Part shown: one piece after another, positions 1 through 12,923 of the stretch
Layout: every line of letters starts with the position of its first letter
Position numbering within the stretch: position 1 is the first letter of the stretch
Source: Eledone cirrhosa
Lineage: Eukaryota
Length of the DNA stretch: 64,000 nucleotides
NCBI GenBank assembly: GCA_964016885.1
Contig: OZ024743.1
Location: 372,744,001 to 372,808,000, forward strand
Direction: 5' to 3'
Notes under the pieces: generated by a model
The model's database searches: none
What the model was told of the DNA's origin: nothing
What the model saw: the letters and a program-made list of their open reading frames with translations, nothing else
Position numbers and translations under genes: made by a program

Positions 1-3000
1 ATGTTATGTTTACAGTAAACAATATAGATGTTATGTTTACAGTGAACAATATAGATGTTATATTTACAGTAAACAATATAGTTATGTTTACAGTAAACAA
101 TATAGATGTTATGTTTACAGTAAACAATATAGATGTTATGTTTACAATGAACAATATAGATGTTATGTTTACAGTGAACAATATAGATGTTATGTTTACA
201 GTAAACAATATAGATGTTATGTTTACAGTAAACAATATAGGTATTATGTTTACAGTAAACAATATAGATGTTATGTTTACAGTAAACAATATAGGTATTA
301 TGTTTACAGTAAACAATATAGATGTTATGTTTACAGTAAACAATATAGATGTTATGTTTACAGTAAACAATATAGATGTTATGTTTACAGTAAACAATAT
401 AGATGTTATGTTTACAATGAACAATATAGATGTTATGTTTACAGTGAACAATATAGATGTTATGTTTACAGTAAACAATATAGATGTTATGTTTACAGTA
501 AACAATATAGGTATTATGTTTACAGTAAACAATATAGATGTTATGTTTACAGTAAACAATATAGGTATTATGTTTACAGTAAACAATATAGATGTTATGT
601 TTACAGTAAACAATATAGATGTTATGTTTACAGTAAACAATATAGATGTTATGTTTACAGTAAACAATATAGATGTTATGTTTACAGTAAACAATATAGA
701 TGTTATGTTTACAGTAAACAATATAGATGTTATGTTTACAATGAACAATATAGATGTTATGTTTACAGTGAACAATATAGATGTTATGTTTACAGTAAAC
801 AATATAGATGTTATGTTTACAGTAAACAATATAGGTATTATGTTTACAGTAAACAATATAGATGTTATGTTTACAGTGAACAATATAGATGTTATGTTTA
901 CAGTAAACAATATAGATGTTATGTTTACAGTAAACAATATAGATGTTATGTTTACAGTAAACAATATAGATGTTATGTTTACAGTGAACAATATATATGT
1001 TATATTTACAGTAAACAATATAGATGTTATATTTACAGTGAACAATATAGATGTTATGTTGACAGTAAACAATATATATGTTATGTTTACAGTGAACAAT
1101 ATAGATGTTATATTTACAGTAAACAATATAGATGTTATATTTACAGTAAACAATATAGTTGTTATGTTTGCAGTTAAATAATATAGTTGTTATATTTACA
1201 GTTAACAATATAGATGTTATGTTTACAATGAACAATATAGATGTTATGTTTACAGTGAACAATATAGATGTTATATTTACAGTAAACAATATAGATGTTA
1301 TGTTTACAGTGAACAATATAGATGTTATGTTTACAGTAAACAATATAGATGTTAAGTTTACTGTAAACAATATAGATGTTATGTTTACAGTGAACAATAT
1401 AGATGTTATATTTACAGTAAACAATATAGATGTTATGTTTACAGTAAACAATATATATGTTATGTTTACAGTGAACAATATAGATGTTATATTTACAGTA
1501 AACAATATAGATGTTATGTTTACAGTAAATAATATATATGTTATGTTTACAGTGAATAATATAGATGTTATGTTTACAGTGAACAATATAGATGTTATGT
1601 TTACAGTGAACAATATAGTTATATTTACAGTAAACAATATAGATGTTATATTTACAGTAAACAATATAGATGTTATATTTACAGTAAACAATATAGATGT
1701 TATGTTTACAGTAAACAATATATATGTTATATTTACAGTGAACAATATAGATGTTATATTAACAGTAAACAATATATATGTTATGTTTACAGTAAACAAT
1801 ATAGATGTTATATTTACAGTGAACAATATAGATGTTATATTTACAATAAACAATATATATGTTATATTTACAGTGAACAATATATATGTTATATTTACAG
1901 TGAACAATATATATGTTATATTTACAGTAAACAATATAGATGTTATGTTTACAGTAAACAATATAGATGTTATATTTACAGTGAACAATATATATGTTAT
2001 ATTTACAGTGAACAATATATATGTTATATTTACAGTAAACAATATAGATGTTATGTTTACAGTAAACAATATAGATGTTATATTTACAGTGAACAATATA
2101 GATGTTATGTTTACAGTAAACAATATAGATGTTATGTTTACAGTAAACAATATAGATGTTATATTTACAGTGAACAATATAGATGTTATGTTTACAGTAA
2201 ACAATATAGATGTTATGTTTACAGTAAACAATATAGATGTTATGTTTACAGTAAACAATATAGATGTTATGTTTACAGTGAACAATATAGATGTTATGTT
2301 GACAGTGAACAATATATATGTTATGTTTACAGTAAACAATATAGATGTTATGTTTACAGTGAACAATATAGATGTTATGTTTACAGTTAACAATATAGAT
2401 GTTATATTTACAGTGAACAATATAGATGTTATATTTACAGTAAACAATATAGATGTTATATTTACAGTAAACAATATAGTTATGTTTACAGTAAACAATA
2501 TAGATGTTATGTTTACAGTGAACAATATATATGTTATGTTTACAGTGAACAATATAGATGTTATGTTTACAGTAAACAATATAGTTATATTTACAGTTAA
2601 CAATATAGATGTTATATTTACAGTGAACAATATAGATGTTATATTTACAGTAAACAATATAGTTATATTTACAGTAAACAATATAGATGTTATATTTACA
2701 GTTAACAATATAGATGTTATATTTACAGTAAACAATATAGATGTTATATTTACAGTAAACAATATAGTTATATTTACAGTAAACAATATAGATGTTATAT
2801 TTACAGTAAACAATATAGATGTTATGTTTACAGTGAACAATATAGTTATATTTACAGTGAACAATATAGATGTTATATTTACAGTTAACAATATAGATGT
2901 TATATTTACAGTAAACAATATAGATGTTATATTTACAGTAAACAATATAGTTATATTTACAGTAAACAATATAGATGTTATATTTACAGTAAACAATATA

Positions 3001-4220
3001 GATGTTATGTTTACAGTAAACAATATAGATGTTATATTTACAGTAAACAATATAGATGTTATATTTACAGTAAACAATATAGATGTTATATTTACAGTGA
3101 ACAATATAGATGTTATATTTACAGTAAACAATATAGTTATATTTACAGTAAACAATATAGATGTTATATTTACAGTAAACAATATAGTTATATTTACAGT
3201 AAACAATATAGATGTTATATTTACAGTAAACAATATAGATGTTATATTTACAGTAAACAATATAGATGTTATATTTACAGTAAACAATATAGTTATATTT
3301 ACAGTGAACAATATAGATGTTATATTTACAGTAAACAATATAGTTATATTTACAGTAAACAATATAGATGTTATATTTACAGTAAACAATATAGATGTTA
3401 TGTTTACAGTAAACAATATAGATGTTATATTTACAGTGAACAATATAGATGTTATATTTACAGTAAACAATATAGATGTTATATTTACAGTAAACAATAT
3501 AGTTATATTTACAGTAAACAATATAGATGTTATATTTACAGTAAACAATATAGATGTTATGTTTACAGTAAACAATATAGATGTTATATTTACAGTAAAC
3601 AATATAGATGTTATATTTACAGTAAACAATATAGTTATATTTACATAAACAATATAGATGTTATATTTACAGTAAACAATATAGATGTTATATTTACAGT
3701 AAACAATATAGTTATATTTACAGTAAACAATATAGATGTTATATTTACAGTAAACAATATAGATGTTATATTTACAGTAAACAATATAGATGTTATATTT
3801 ACAGTAAACAATATAGATGTTATGTTTACAGTAAACAATATAGATGTTATATTTACAGTAAACAATATAGATGTTATATTTACAGTAAACAATATAGTTA
3901 TATTTACAGTAAACAATATAGTTATATTTACAGTAAACAATATAGTTATATTTACAGTAAACAATATAGTTATATTTACAGTAAACAATATAGATGTTAT
4001 ATTTACAGTAAACAATATAGATGTTATATTTACAGTAAACAATATAGATGTTATATTTACAGTAAACAATATAGTTATATTTACAGTAAACAATATAGAT
4101 GTTATATTTACAGTAAACAATATAGTTATATTTACAGTAAACAATATAGATGTTATATTTACAGTAAACAATATAGATGTTATATTTACAGTAAACAATA
4201 TAGTTATGTTTACAGTGAAC
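1..4220. repeat. 27-bp tandem satellite (GATGTTATGTTTACAGTAAACAATATA) with a 24-bp variant lacking GAT; about 160 units, runs off the window start
   Basis: Periodicity is directly visible. The ORFs 6..1181, 1159..3648, 3822..4256 and 3641..4222 are just the translated unit. Confidence 0.98.
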
Positions 4221-4319
4221 ATTAGTTATGTAGTTGTTCTGCTTACATTTAAATAACATCAGTTATGTTGCTATTGGTGAATTGACAGATCAGTTATGTT
4301 GCTATTGGGGGATTGACAG

Positions 4320-4522
4320 TATCGGTAGGTCGTCGGACACCATGCTTTGCAGCATAGGGTTACGCCCCTTTACGGTCTGAGTTCAAATCCTGCCTAGGTT
4401 AGCTTTGCCTTTCATCCTTACGGGGGCGATAAAATAAAGCACAAGTAACATACTGGGGTCGATTTAATTGACTTTCCACTCCCCTCAAGTTGTTGACCTT
4501 GTGCCTAAATCAAAATCATTAT
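4320..4522 (+). mobile_element. tRNA-derived SINE copy (family with GCCTTTCATCC...GTCGATAAAATAAAGTACC core)
   Basis: B-box-like GAGTTCAAATCC followed by a core that recurs at ~6390, 6660, 9240, 12130, 13380, 13655, 32930 and 56340. Confidence 0.8.
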
Positions 4523-4568
4523 ATTTAAACTTAAATCATGACAGTTATGTAATTGTTTCTATTTACAG

Positions 4569-4834
4569 TTAAAAAAGATGTGAGAAAGAAAAAAGCCCTA
4601 AAAAGAAAGACTAAATCGATTGATACAACTCCTCCGAGTACAAAATATTTTGAAAGATTCTCCATTCATAAAAACACTAACAAAAACTCTAACGACAACA
4701 GTGATAACAAATCGTCACAGTTAACAAATAAAAAAATGAGACGAAGATCATTATTGAGGAAAGAAATGTCTAGAACATGTCTTCAAGATATTCCTAAAGC
4801 CAAATATTGCAAATATTCAAATATAATTAAATAA
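4569..4834 (+). CDS. Possible terminal coding exon of an upstream gene; Lys/Arg-rich (VKKDVRKKKALKRKTKS...KYSNIIK*), product unidentified
   Basis: Pyrimidine tract plus TTTACAG acceptor ending at 4568, 88 open codons in non-repetitive sequence, stop at 4832-4834 and AATAAA motifs just downstream. No homology recognised. Confidence 0.4.
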
Positions 4835-5972
4835 AAAGTAAAAAAAAAAAAAAAAAAAAAAGTAAAAAATAAAAAATAAAAAATAAAAAGAAAATATGAA
4901 AAAGAATGAACAGAAATGAATGCAGAAATCTGTTGTAAGAAGTTTTTTTAAATGGTTGAACAAAATGGTTGATGTAACAATATTGTATTGTTATATGAGT
5001 GACTGTTATATCTGAGAATTAACTTTACTAAAACTATTTATATACCTTAGTACTGGTTATTAACTAGTATTTTTGTAAATTTTGTCTAAATAAATTTGTT
5101 TAATTTATATGTTTGTATGTTTTATTTTGTTTTGGTGCTTTTTTTTTTTTTTGCTTTTTTTTTTTTTTTTGCTTTTGTTTATTCAAACAGATTAAAATTT
5201 TTAAAATACCAGGAATTATCACTAAACAATATTTTTCAGCCTGAAGTGACCGAGTTTTTCGGGAGAGCTGGGCTGATGAGAATGAGGTTCTTGTCACTGT
5301 TGGTGGCTCTCCTTGCCAATGTATCAGGTAATGTACATGAAGGACTGGATTAAAACCTTGAAAGGATCTACCCACTGAAAAGATTATTGTACCCCAACAT
5401 AATGCATTTGGAACAAACTCCAATATACTCTACTAGATAAATATTCTACAGGGCCCCCTCTTCAATTGAGGCCCTAAGTACATTCTTATTTCAGACCTCT
5501 AAAAACCCAAACCGGGTGTACTGTGAAAAAAGTGCCCCAAAATAGGGAGAAATGAGGCAAAGTGGACAGGTTTTATATAATGAAAGCTATACCCATTTTC
5601 ACAAGTGAAGACATCTCTCACCCACTCCAAAGTGGGCGGGAGATCTCCCCGTCGGATGGGGATAGTTGACAAGTCTGTTATTTTGTTTAATTCAGGGCTG
5701 GTACTTTGCTATTCCAGTATCTTAGCCTTGCTATCACACATGCCAATGCTATGAACATCTTGGCTTTCCTCAAAAATTATCAGAGAGAAGCTCAATAACC
5801 CCTGATGTGGCATGTAAATGAGTGAATGTATTTTCTCTCTTTCCACCATGCTGTCTGTGTTTTCATGTTTGTACTGTCATCTCATATGTTTGATACACAG
5901 CTTGGTTGATATATTTAAATTGTTGTTTGTACTATCATCTGATATGTTTGATATACTGTTTGGTCGATATAT

Positions 5973-6195
5973 TTAACTCTTTAGCATTTAAACTGGTCAT
6001 ATCTAGCCAGAATTCTCTCACCTCTTTCTGTTCAAATCGACTGTAACTGGCCACTCATACCGATGTTAAGGTATTGTTCTCAAAATAAATAATATCAAAA
6101 CCATGTAGATTCAATATTACGTGAGATAATTTGGTGAGATAAAGTGTTTACCATGAAAATATAATAATAAATATAATGTAAATGCTAAACGTTAA
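5973..6195. mobile_element. piggyBac-type MITE, ~220 bp
   Basis: TTAA-CTCTTTAGCATTTA ... TAAATGCTAAACG-TTAA terminal inverted repeats with TTAA target duplication. Further copies at ~11127-11308 and 63932-64000. Confidence 0.75.
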
Positions 6196-6387
6196 TCCAA
6201 CAGAATGTCCAGGGTGTGGCAGCGGGAAGTATGGAGGGTTGTACCAGTGCTGGGCTTGTAGTTTCTTTATTAATCCCAAAATGATGAAAGGTATCTGATT
6301 TAAGCACAAGGCCAGCAATTGTGGGGGGGGGGGGGAGCCAAAGTGTACTACAGCAGGATTTGAAATCAGAGCATCTTATGATAATAA

Positions 6388-6835
6388 TAATTGTTTCTAC
6401 TTTTGGCACAAGGCCAGCAATTACCTAGTACATTACTGGTACTTTATTTTATCGACCCCATAGGGATGAAAGGAAAAGTTAACCTCGGCGGGATTTGAAC
6501 TCAGAATGGCAAGGGCCGTAACTCTATGCGTGAAAGCATGGCGTCCAACCCTCCACCGATACTGCCAATCCACTCACCTTATGATAATAATGAAAATTAT
6601 TGTGTACAGTCCTCAGGTGCACTTCAACTCATCAAAGGTGCATGTATAGTACATAGAATAATTGTTTCTACTTTTGGCACAATGCCAGCAATTATCCCAG
6701 TGCATTACTGGTACTTTATTTTATCGACCCTGTAAGGATGAAAGGCAAAGTTAATCTCAGCAGGATTGGACCTCAGACCATAAAGGGCCGTAACTATGCT
6801 ACAAAGCATGGCATCCAACCCTCTATTGATACTGT
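6388..6835 (-). mobile_element. Two tandem tRNA-derived SINE copies
   Basis: Reverse complement of the 4320 family (GGTACTTTATTTTATCGACC...GGATGAAAGG...GGATTTGAACTC), present twice. Confidence 0.8.
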
Positions 6836-6869
6836 CAGGAAAGTGAACAGTGTGTGAGTCATGATATAT

Positions 6870-7655
6870 AATAATAATAATGAAATATTGTGTACAGTGC
6901 TCAGGTGCACTACAACTCATCAAAAAGTGTATGTATAGTATATAGAGTAATGTACAACCATCAGGAAAATGAACAGTGCATGAGTCATGATATACACATG
7001 TGTGCATGTGTATGGAAGGGGTACATCAGGTGTAGTTTGGGCGAATTTCGGGAAGCATGAGGCTTTTAAAGGATGCAGTGTCTCGGCAGCTAACAACTGA
7101 CGCAGGCAGTTTGTTCCATGCTTCAGCAACTCAGAGCATGAAAAAATGTTTCAGAAAGTCATGGGAGCTGTGCTGTTTTCTGATTTTGTAGGCATGTCCA
7201 CGTGTGTTAGACACATGGAGATCAAAAAGGTGCTCAGGGTTGTTGTTGGCGAGATGGTTAATAACTTTGTGGGTGTTTACCAAGTCCATTGCCAGACATC
7301 GGAGCTTCAATGAATCCATGCCCAGGGAGGCAAGGCGTTCAGAGTATGGTAGGTGTCTGGTGGAGGGTATGCGCTTGGTTGCACGTCTCTGAACAGTTTC
7401 CAGGAGGTCAATGTTCTGAGCAATATAGGGGTTCCAGACTGATGATGCAAATTCCAAGTGTGGTCGTACCATAGCTGTATACAGCTTTAAATAGATAGCT
7501 GGAGAGCGGCTGACAAAGGTCTTGCTGAGTGATGCCAAGACACCCTCGGCCTTCTTGACAATCTTAGAGGCATGCTTTGTCCAACGCAAATCACTGCTGA
7601 CAGTAATGCCCAGGTCACGTTCACAAAAGGACTTCTTGATATCAGTGTTGATATA
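6870..7655 (-). mobile_element. CR1-clade LINE 3' fragment (RT C-terminus and 3' UTR)
   Basis: Translation ERDLGITVSSDLRWTKH...LYTAMVRPHLEFASSVWNPY...LETVQRRATKRIP...LPYSERLASLG...NTRGH is typical of the CR1 ORF2 end. Confidence 0.9.
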
Positions 7656-7659
7656 CACA

Positions 7660-8510
7660 GATACATGCATGCATGTGTATGGAGGGGGAATATCAGGTGT
7701 AATGTTGGTGAATTTCAGGAAGCATGGAAGTTTTGAAAGATGCAGTGTCCCGACAGCTAACAACTGATGCAGGTAGTTTGTCCCATGCTTCAGCAACTCT
7801 GAACGTGAAAATGTGTTTCTGAAAGAATTGGGAGCTGTACTGTTTTCTAATTTTGTAAGTGTGTCCATGGGAGTTAGACACATGGAATTCAAAAAGATGC
7901 TCAGGGTTGTTATTGGAAAGATGGTTAATAACGTTGTGGGTATCTACCAAGTCAATTGCCAGATGTTGGAACTTTAATTCCCAGGGAAGCAAGGCATTCG
8001 GAGTATGGTAGATGCCTGATGGAGGGTATATGTTTGGTTGCACATCTCTGAACAGCTTCCCCCAAAAAATCAATATTCTGAGCAAAATAGAAGTTCTAAA
8101 TTGGTGATGCAAATTCTAAGTGTGGCCTCACCATAGCTATATACAGCTTTAAATAGATAGCTGGCGAAAGGCTGATAAAGGTCTTACTGAGTGATGCCAA
8201 GACACCCTCGGCCTTCTTGACAATTTTAGAGATGTACTTTGTCCAACGCAAATTGCTGTTGACAATAATGCCCAGGTCACATTAACAAGAAGACTTCTTG
8301 AGATTAGTATTGTGGAGGGAGCATGTGAGCGCTGAGTTTTTCCCAAAATGCCAACTTGAGTTGCCAGTCCATAATCCATTGCTGCATTGTGTCCAGGTCT
8401 GATTGCAGGAAAGATCTGTAGTGTTCAAGATCTGTTCTTTTTATCTCAAAGTTTGAGATCTATAGTGTACAAGATCTGTCCTTTTTATCTCAAGGTACAG
8501 CTTGAAAGGT
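7660..8510 (-). mobile_element. Second, more degraded CR1 LINE fragment in tandem
   Basis: Homologous to 6990-7655 with frameshifts (HIFTFRVAEAWDKLP motif). Confidence 0.85.
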
Positions 8511-9234
8511 GTGCCTGTTAATGCCAGAAAAAATTTAGGGTCCACTTTTATTATTGTTAATGTATTTAAATAGCTTTAATACACTGCATTGAAGACAGTT
8601 TGGACAAATGGTTAAGGTATTCACTTCACAACTATTAGAGTGTGGACAAGTGTTATTTACCATAGCTTCATTGAGACCAGATTGCTGATGTGGAGGTGCT
8701 GAAGGGAAGTAGATAGATGTGGTGGCCGACAGACACTGTCATTGACGGGTGCCTGAAACTGGCTGGACACATACTGCACATGTCTGAGTACCGGAACCCT
8801 TTGTGACAATGAGATGGATGCCAGTTAGTGGTGGGCAGAAAAGGGCGAGACCCAAGAAGACCTGTCCCTCAACTTTCAAAGAAGATTGAACTGGACTGGG
8901 AAACTACGTAAGATGCCGCAGCTGGTCGTGTAAATTGGAGAAGACTCATTGCTCAATATGCCCCTAGGGTATAGGAAGACCTAAGACTAAGACAGGTCTA
9001 AAAGTGGGTAGATGGAAACTGCTTGGAAGCCCGCGAGATGAACTGTACCCATTATTTAAAAGGCCAGCTTTGTCAAATACGGTGTCATGCTGAATCTTAC
9101 TGAGAATTACTAATGCATAATATATAATAGGGAATGTTGTTTTTACTTCTCTTTTGATGGTGTAGTTAAAGTGTTTTGCTGTGACTGCAATGGTAGTACC
9201 ATATTGTAATTTTTCTTCTCCTTCTTAGGTGGTG

Positions 9235-9445
9235 GATTGGAAATATCCGTAGAGTGTCGGACATGCTTTGTATCATAGAGTTACATCCCTTTACGTTCTG
9301 AGTTCAAATCCTGTCAAAGTTAGCTTTACCGTTCATCCTCCTGAAGTCAATAAAATAAAGTACCAGTAATGCACTGAGGTCGATTTAATCAACTCCCCCC
9401 CCCCCCAAATTGTTGGCTTTGTGCTTAAATCAAAAACCATTATAA
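9235..9445 (+). mobile_element. tRNA-derived SINE copy
   Basis: Same core and B box as 4320-4522. Confidence 0.75.
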
Positions 9446-9541
9446 TAATGAAAATTATTGTGTACAGTGCTCAAGTGCACTACAAAGAAGTATATTATAT
9501 ATATATAATATAGTATATTATATATATATATATATATATTA

Positions 9542-9612
9542 TGCACCGGCCGGGAATCGAAACCGGATTGGATGCGTGGGAAGTCAACATTCTACCATTG
9601 AACCACTGAATC
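9542..9612 (-). pseudogene. tRNA-Gly(CCC)-like pseudogene or SINE head
   Basis: Minus strand reads GATTCAGTGGTTCAATGGTAGAATGTTGACTTCCCACGCATCCAATCCGGTTTCGATTCCCGGCCGGTGCA, colinear with eukaryotic tRNA-Gly. D and T arms are retained but the acceptor and anticodon stems are broken. Confidence 0.7.
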
Positions 9613-10728
9613 AAAGTCTGTTAAACTGAGGGATAAATGTATGAGTACATTCCTCCTACGTTGTTTTAAAACGTTATAGTAGTCGGGTGTATTTAATTTC
9701 TATTTCTAGTAGGCTAGCAAAGGCAAAGGGAGGCAACTCTGGTAAAAATGTTCAGGTCAATTGGAGTTTTTTCCTCGCATAGCATATTTAGACTGCGAAA
9801 ATATGTATAAATTTTATGCAGAGCGCTCCCCACCCTCATGCATTTTGCCTTACACTTTGTTGACAGACAGTAGTGGAAATCGGCTGCGCAGCAAATGAAG
9901 GTGAAGACAAGTGTTGGGTAGTGAAAAAACCTTGAAGAGAGGGAATATAATAGCTGGCAGGTCAGAGTAAAGGAAATCTTGGGATGACGTGGCAAAAGCT
10001 GATTTTATACAAAAGAATCTCTCAAATGAGATGACACAGGTTCGAGTTATCTGGCAATGTGCCATATTGTAGCAGATCCACGTCCCCACATGCACAGTAG
10101 CAAACGAACATGGAGAAGAAAGTCTACCCCAGTGTCCCTCATCCATCTCCCCAAATTAACACTCACCCCCACTTCATTATCTAAGTAGCCCTCTTCCGTC
10201 CCTGCTGCACCTTGCACACCCAACAACTCCTGCCATCATGGAAAGATAGCCCCGACCCCTCTCCTCATCGAACTCTTTCCAGCATGGAAAGCAACCCCAA
10301 CTTTCACCCCCTCCCCCCTAGCTCAGTCCAACCCAAGCCAACGTAGGTAGAAAACCAGCCATTATGTCAACTTTGAGTGCTCTGCACCTTTTTATACAGC
10401 AGTCATCCTCCATGTGCATCACATCTCCATACCAACACAATTTCCTTTCCTGCACACTGCATCTGATCCCTCTTATGTCTAATTTCTCTTGATGTTCGTT
10501 TATGATATATATATATGGAAAACGAAGAATGAGTGATGCCTGTATATAGGTGTGAACACATGTACGTGTGGGTGTATATGTATGGGGAGGCAGGCAAGCA
10601 AGGGATTGGCATGGGAATTCATAAAAACTCTCCTACACACAGCAGTAATTTTGGCGATGGGATTGGGGAGAGTGACAGCTCACGCCTGAATGGAGATGGC
10701 CAGTGGGCAGATTTCAATGGTCAAGCAC

Positions 10729-11063
10729 TGTGATGGCGTCACAAACTATCAACCAATCTAAGTGCCGCGCAAACAGGATGATGGCAGATGATAAAGATTC
10801 GAAGGGTCGGAGTCCAGCAAAAAGAGAATTTGCCTCGAAATCACTAGATGTATCTGAGGAACTTGCAAATCCAGAGTCAGGTTCGATCCACAAACAGATC
10901 GCACCTCGAGCTGTTCGCTGGAGAAACAATTGTATTACGTAATAAATTGTGTTCCGATGCATCACTGATTCTTCGTTTTCCATATTATCACACTCTGCTC
11001 CGAAGGAGCATAGAGTGCTCAACCGGCATACCGCCTATGGATGCATCCTAGCAACCATACGAC
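10729..11063 (+). mobile_element. Dispersed LTR-like repeat (possible solo LTR); left boundary uncertain
   Basis: AATAAA about 120 bp before a ...CATACGACA end abutting (TA)n. Inverted homolog at ~61257-61530 and a weaker one at ~21695-21830. Confidence 0.45.
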
Positions 11064-11126
11064 ATATATATATCATCACCATTGATCACACGTTTACTTT
11101 CAATGTTTGAATGCCAAGCCTACGTT

Positions 11127-11308
11127 GTATCCGGCCAGAATTCTCTCACCTCTTTCTGTTCAAACCGGCCGTAACTGGCTGCTCATATTTATGTTAAGGT
11201 ACTGTTCTCAAAATAAATAATATCAAAATAAGTGAGATAATTATGTGGGATAAAGTATTTACCATGAAAATACAATAGTAAATATAAATGTAAATGCTAA
11301 AGGGTTAA
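11127..11308. mobile_element. piggyBac-type MITE, lacking the left TIR
   Basis: Homologous to 5973-6195; ends TAAATGCTAAAGGG-TTAA. Confidence 0.7.
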
Positions 11309-12403
11309 ATAATTTGACGTAAAGTGATGAGAGAAAAATATCCAAATATAGAAATATAAGATAGGAATATAAGATAGGAAAAGGAAGACTTCTGGAGAGA
11401 TTAATGCATCTCATATGTCTGTAACCGGTCTTTAATAAAGTCTTTTAAAAAACAATTTTCATTGAAGAAACAAAAATACACATTTTTTAAATAAATTCTG
11501 AGAATTACTTTTAAAAAATTTAAACACAAAGAAAAAAAATTGAATTAAATTTAGTTAAGTTATAAATTATTATTATTTTACAAATCGCAACTTTCAAATG
11601 TTTTCTTGCTTTTTCTTAAGAAAATATTTTCAGATAAAACAATTATATATATTGAAAAAAAACCATTGCAGTTTATAATTATTATTATTAAAACATATTT
11701 TTCCAAACGTCAGTAAATTTTACTGAAATATGTCTTAGAGTATTCACTGTAGTGTTAAACCTTATATTTCCATAAAGCTTCAGTAACTGTGTGTGTGCGT
11801 GAGTGTGAGTGAGAGAGAGAGTGTAAAGGATGATATTTAAGTCCACATGGCATCAACTGTTCTTTTGAAAAAGATTTAGCAGCTCCAGATAAAACCCCTA
11901 TACATTGTATATGTGTTTAAATCATGCCTCCATTTTACATACAACATTTGTATGTATGGACCCATAACTGCTGATGGAGCTGTAGCAGTACCATAGTCGA
12001 CATACAGCATGTCGTGGGTATTTTAAATTTGGCAGAGCCCATCCCTCTCCAGATCTGAACACAAATGATTTCTTCTAGAGAAGAAAACAGAGAGTTATAG
12101 AGAGGAAGTGAGAAAGAGATATAGAAGAATCGACCCCAGTACTAGACTGGTACTTTTTTTTTATTGACTTCAAAAGGATGAAAGGCAAAGTTTATCTCAG
12201 CGGGATTTGAACTCGGAGCACAGAGAGCTGGAATGAATACCACAACGCATTCTATCTGATGTTCTAATGACTGTCAAGTCACCGTCTCTATACAACATGT
12301 ACAATGTACCATATATTTTGTAGACTTATGCTGGTTTATCATATTACTGGGGGTTTTTTGTTATAAGAAAAGGTGCAGTCTACGTACAAGTATATAGAGT
12401 ATA

Positions 12404-12424
12404 CACATATATATATACACACAT

Positions 12425-12509
<85 letters not shown>

Positions 12510-12513
12510 TGTG

Positions 12514-12555
<42 letters not shown>
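12404..12555. repeat. Compound (TA)n(GA)n(TG)n(TA)n microsatellite
   Basis: Directly visible. Confidence 0.95.
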
Positions 12556-12556
<1 letters not shown>

Positions 12557-12751
12557 TAATAACTATTTACTATTTCGATTAGCTTTGTGTACTCAAACAA
12601 TTGATAATATATTAACAAGTTATATATTGCTTATTGGCCAAAGGAACATATTACAAGAGCAGTGTTCTAGTGGTAGTGCATATAGAGAATTAATGGTCAT
12701 ATTTGACTGAGAACTTACTAAAAGAACAGCAGTAACAAATACAAGAAATTA

Positions 12752-12752
<1 letters not shown>

Positions 12753-12796
<44 letters not shown>

Positions 12797-12910
12797 AGTA
12801 TTGATAGCAATAGTAGAGTATTGATAGTAGTGGTATTGTTTGTGGTGGCTGTAGTAGTAAAGTATTGATGGTAGTGGTTGTGGTAGTAGTTGTAGTAGTA
12901 GTAGTGGTGA
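12753..12910. repeat. (GTA)n/(GTG)n trinucleotide tract in the RNF170 3' UTR
   Basis: Directly visible, immediately after the RNF170 stop codon. Confidence 0.9.
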
Positions 12911-12923
12911 TGACACTGGTGAA

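Noticed and set aside
6-4256. MFTVNNIDV repeat protein (amyloid- or antifreeze-like)
   Set aside because: It is the translation of a 27-bp satellite, broken by frameshifts at ~1178 and ~3646. The 3-nt indels are explained by slippage.
5613-5665. Two adjacent GC-rich hairpins (Helitron end or terminator?)
   Set aside because: No CTRR terminus and no second copy in the window, so they cannot be assigned.
7131-7892. 253-aa ORF as a host gene
   Set aside because: It is a chance in-frame fusion of two adjacent CR1 fragments.
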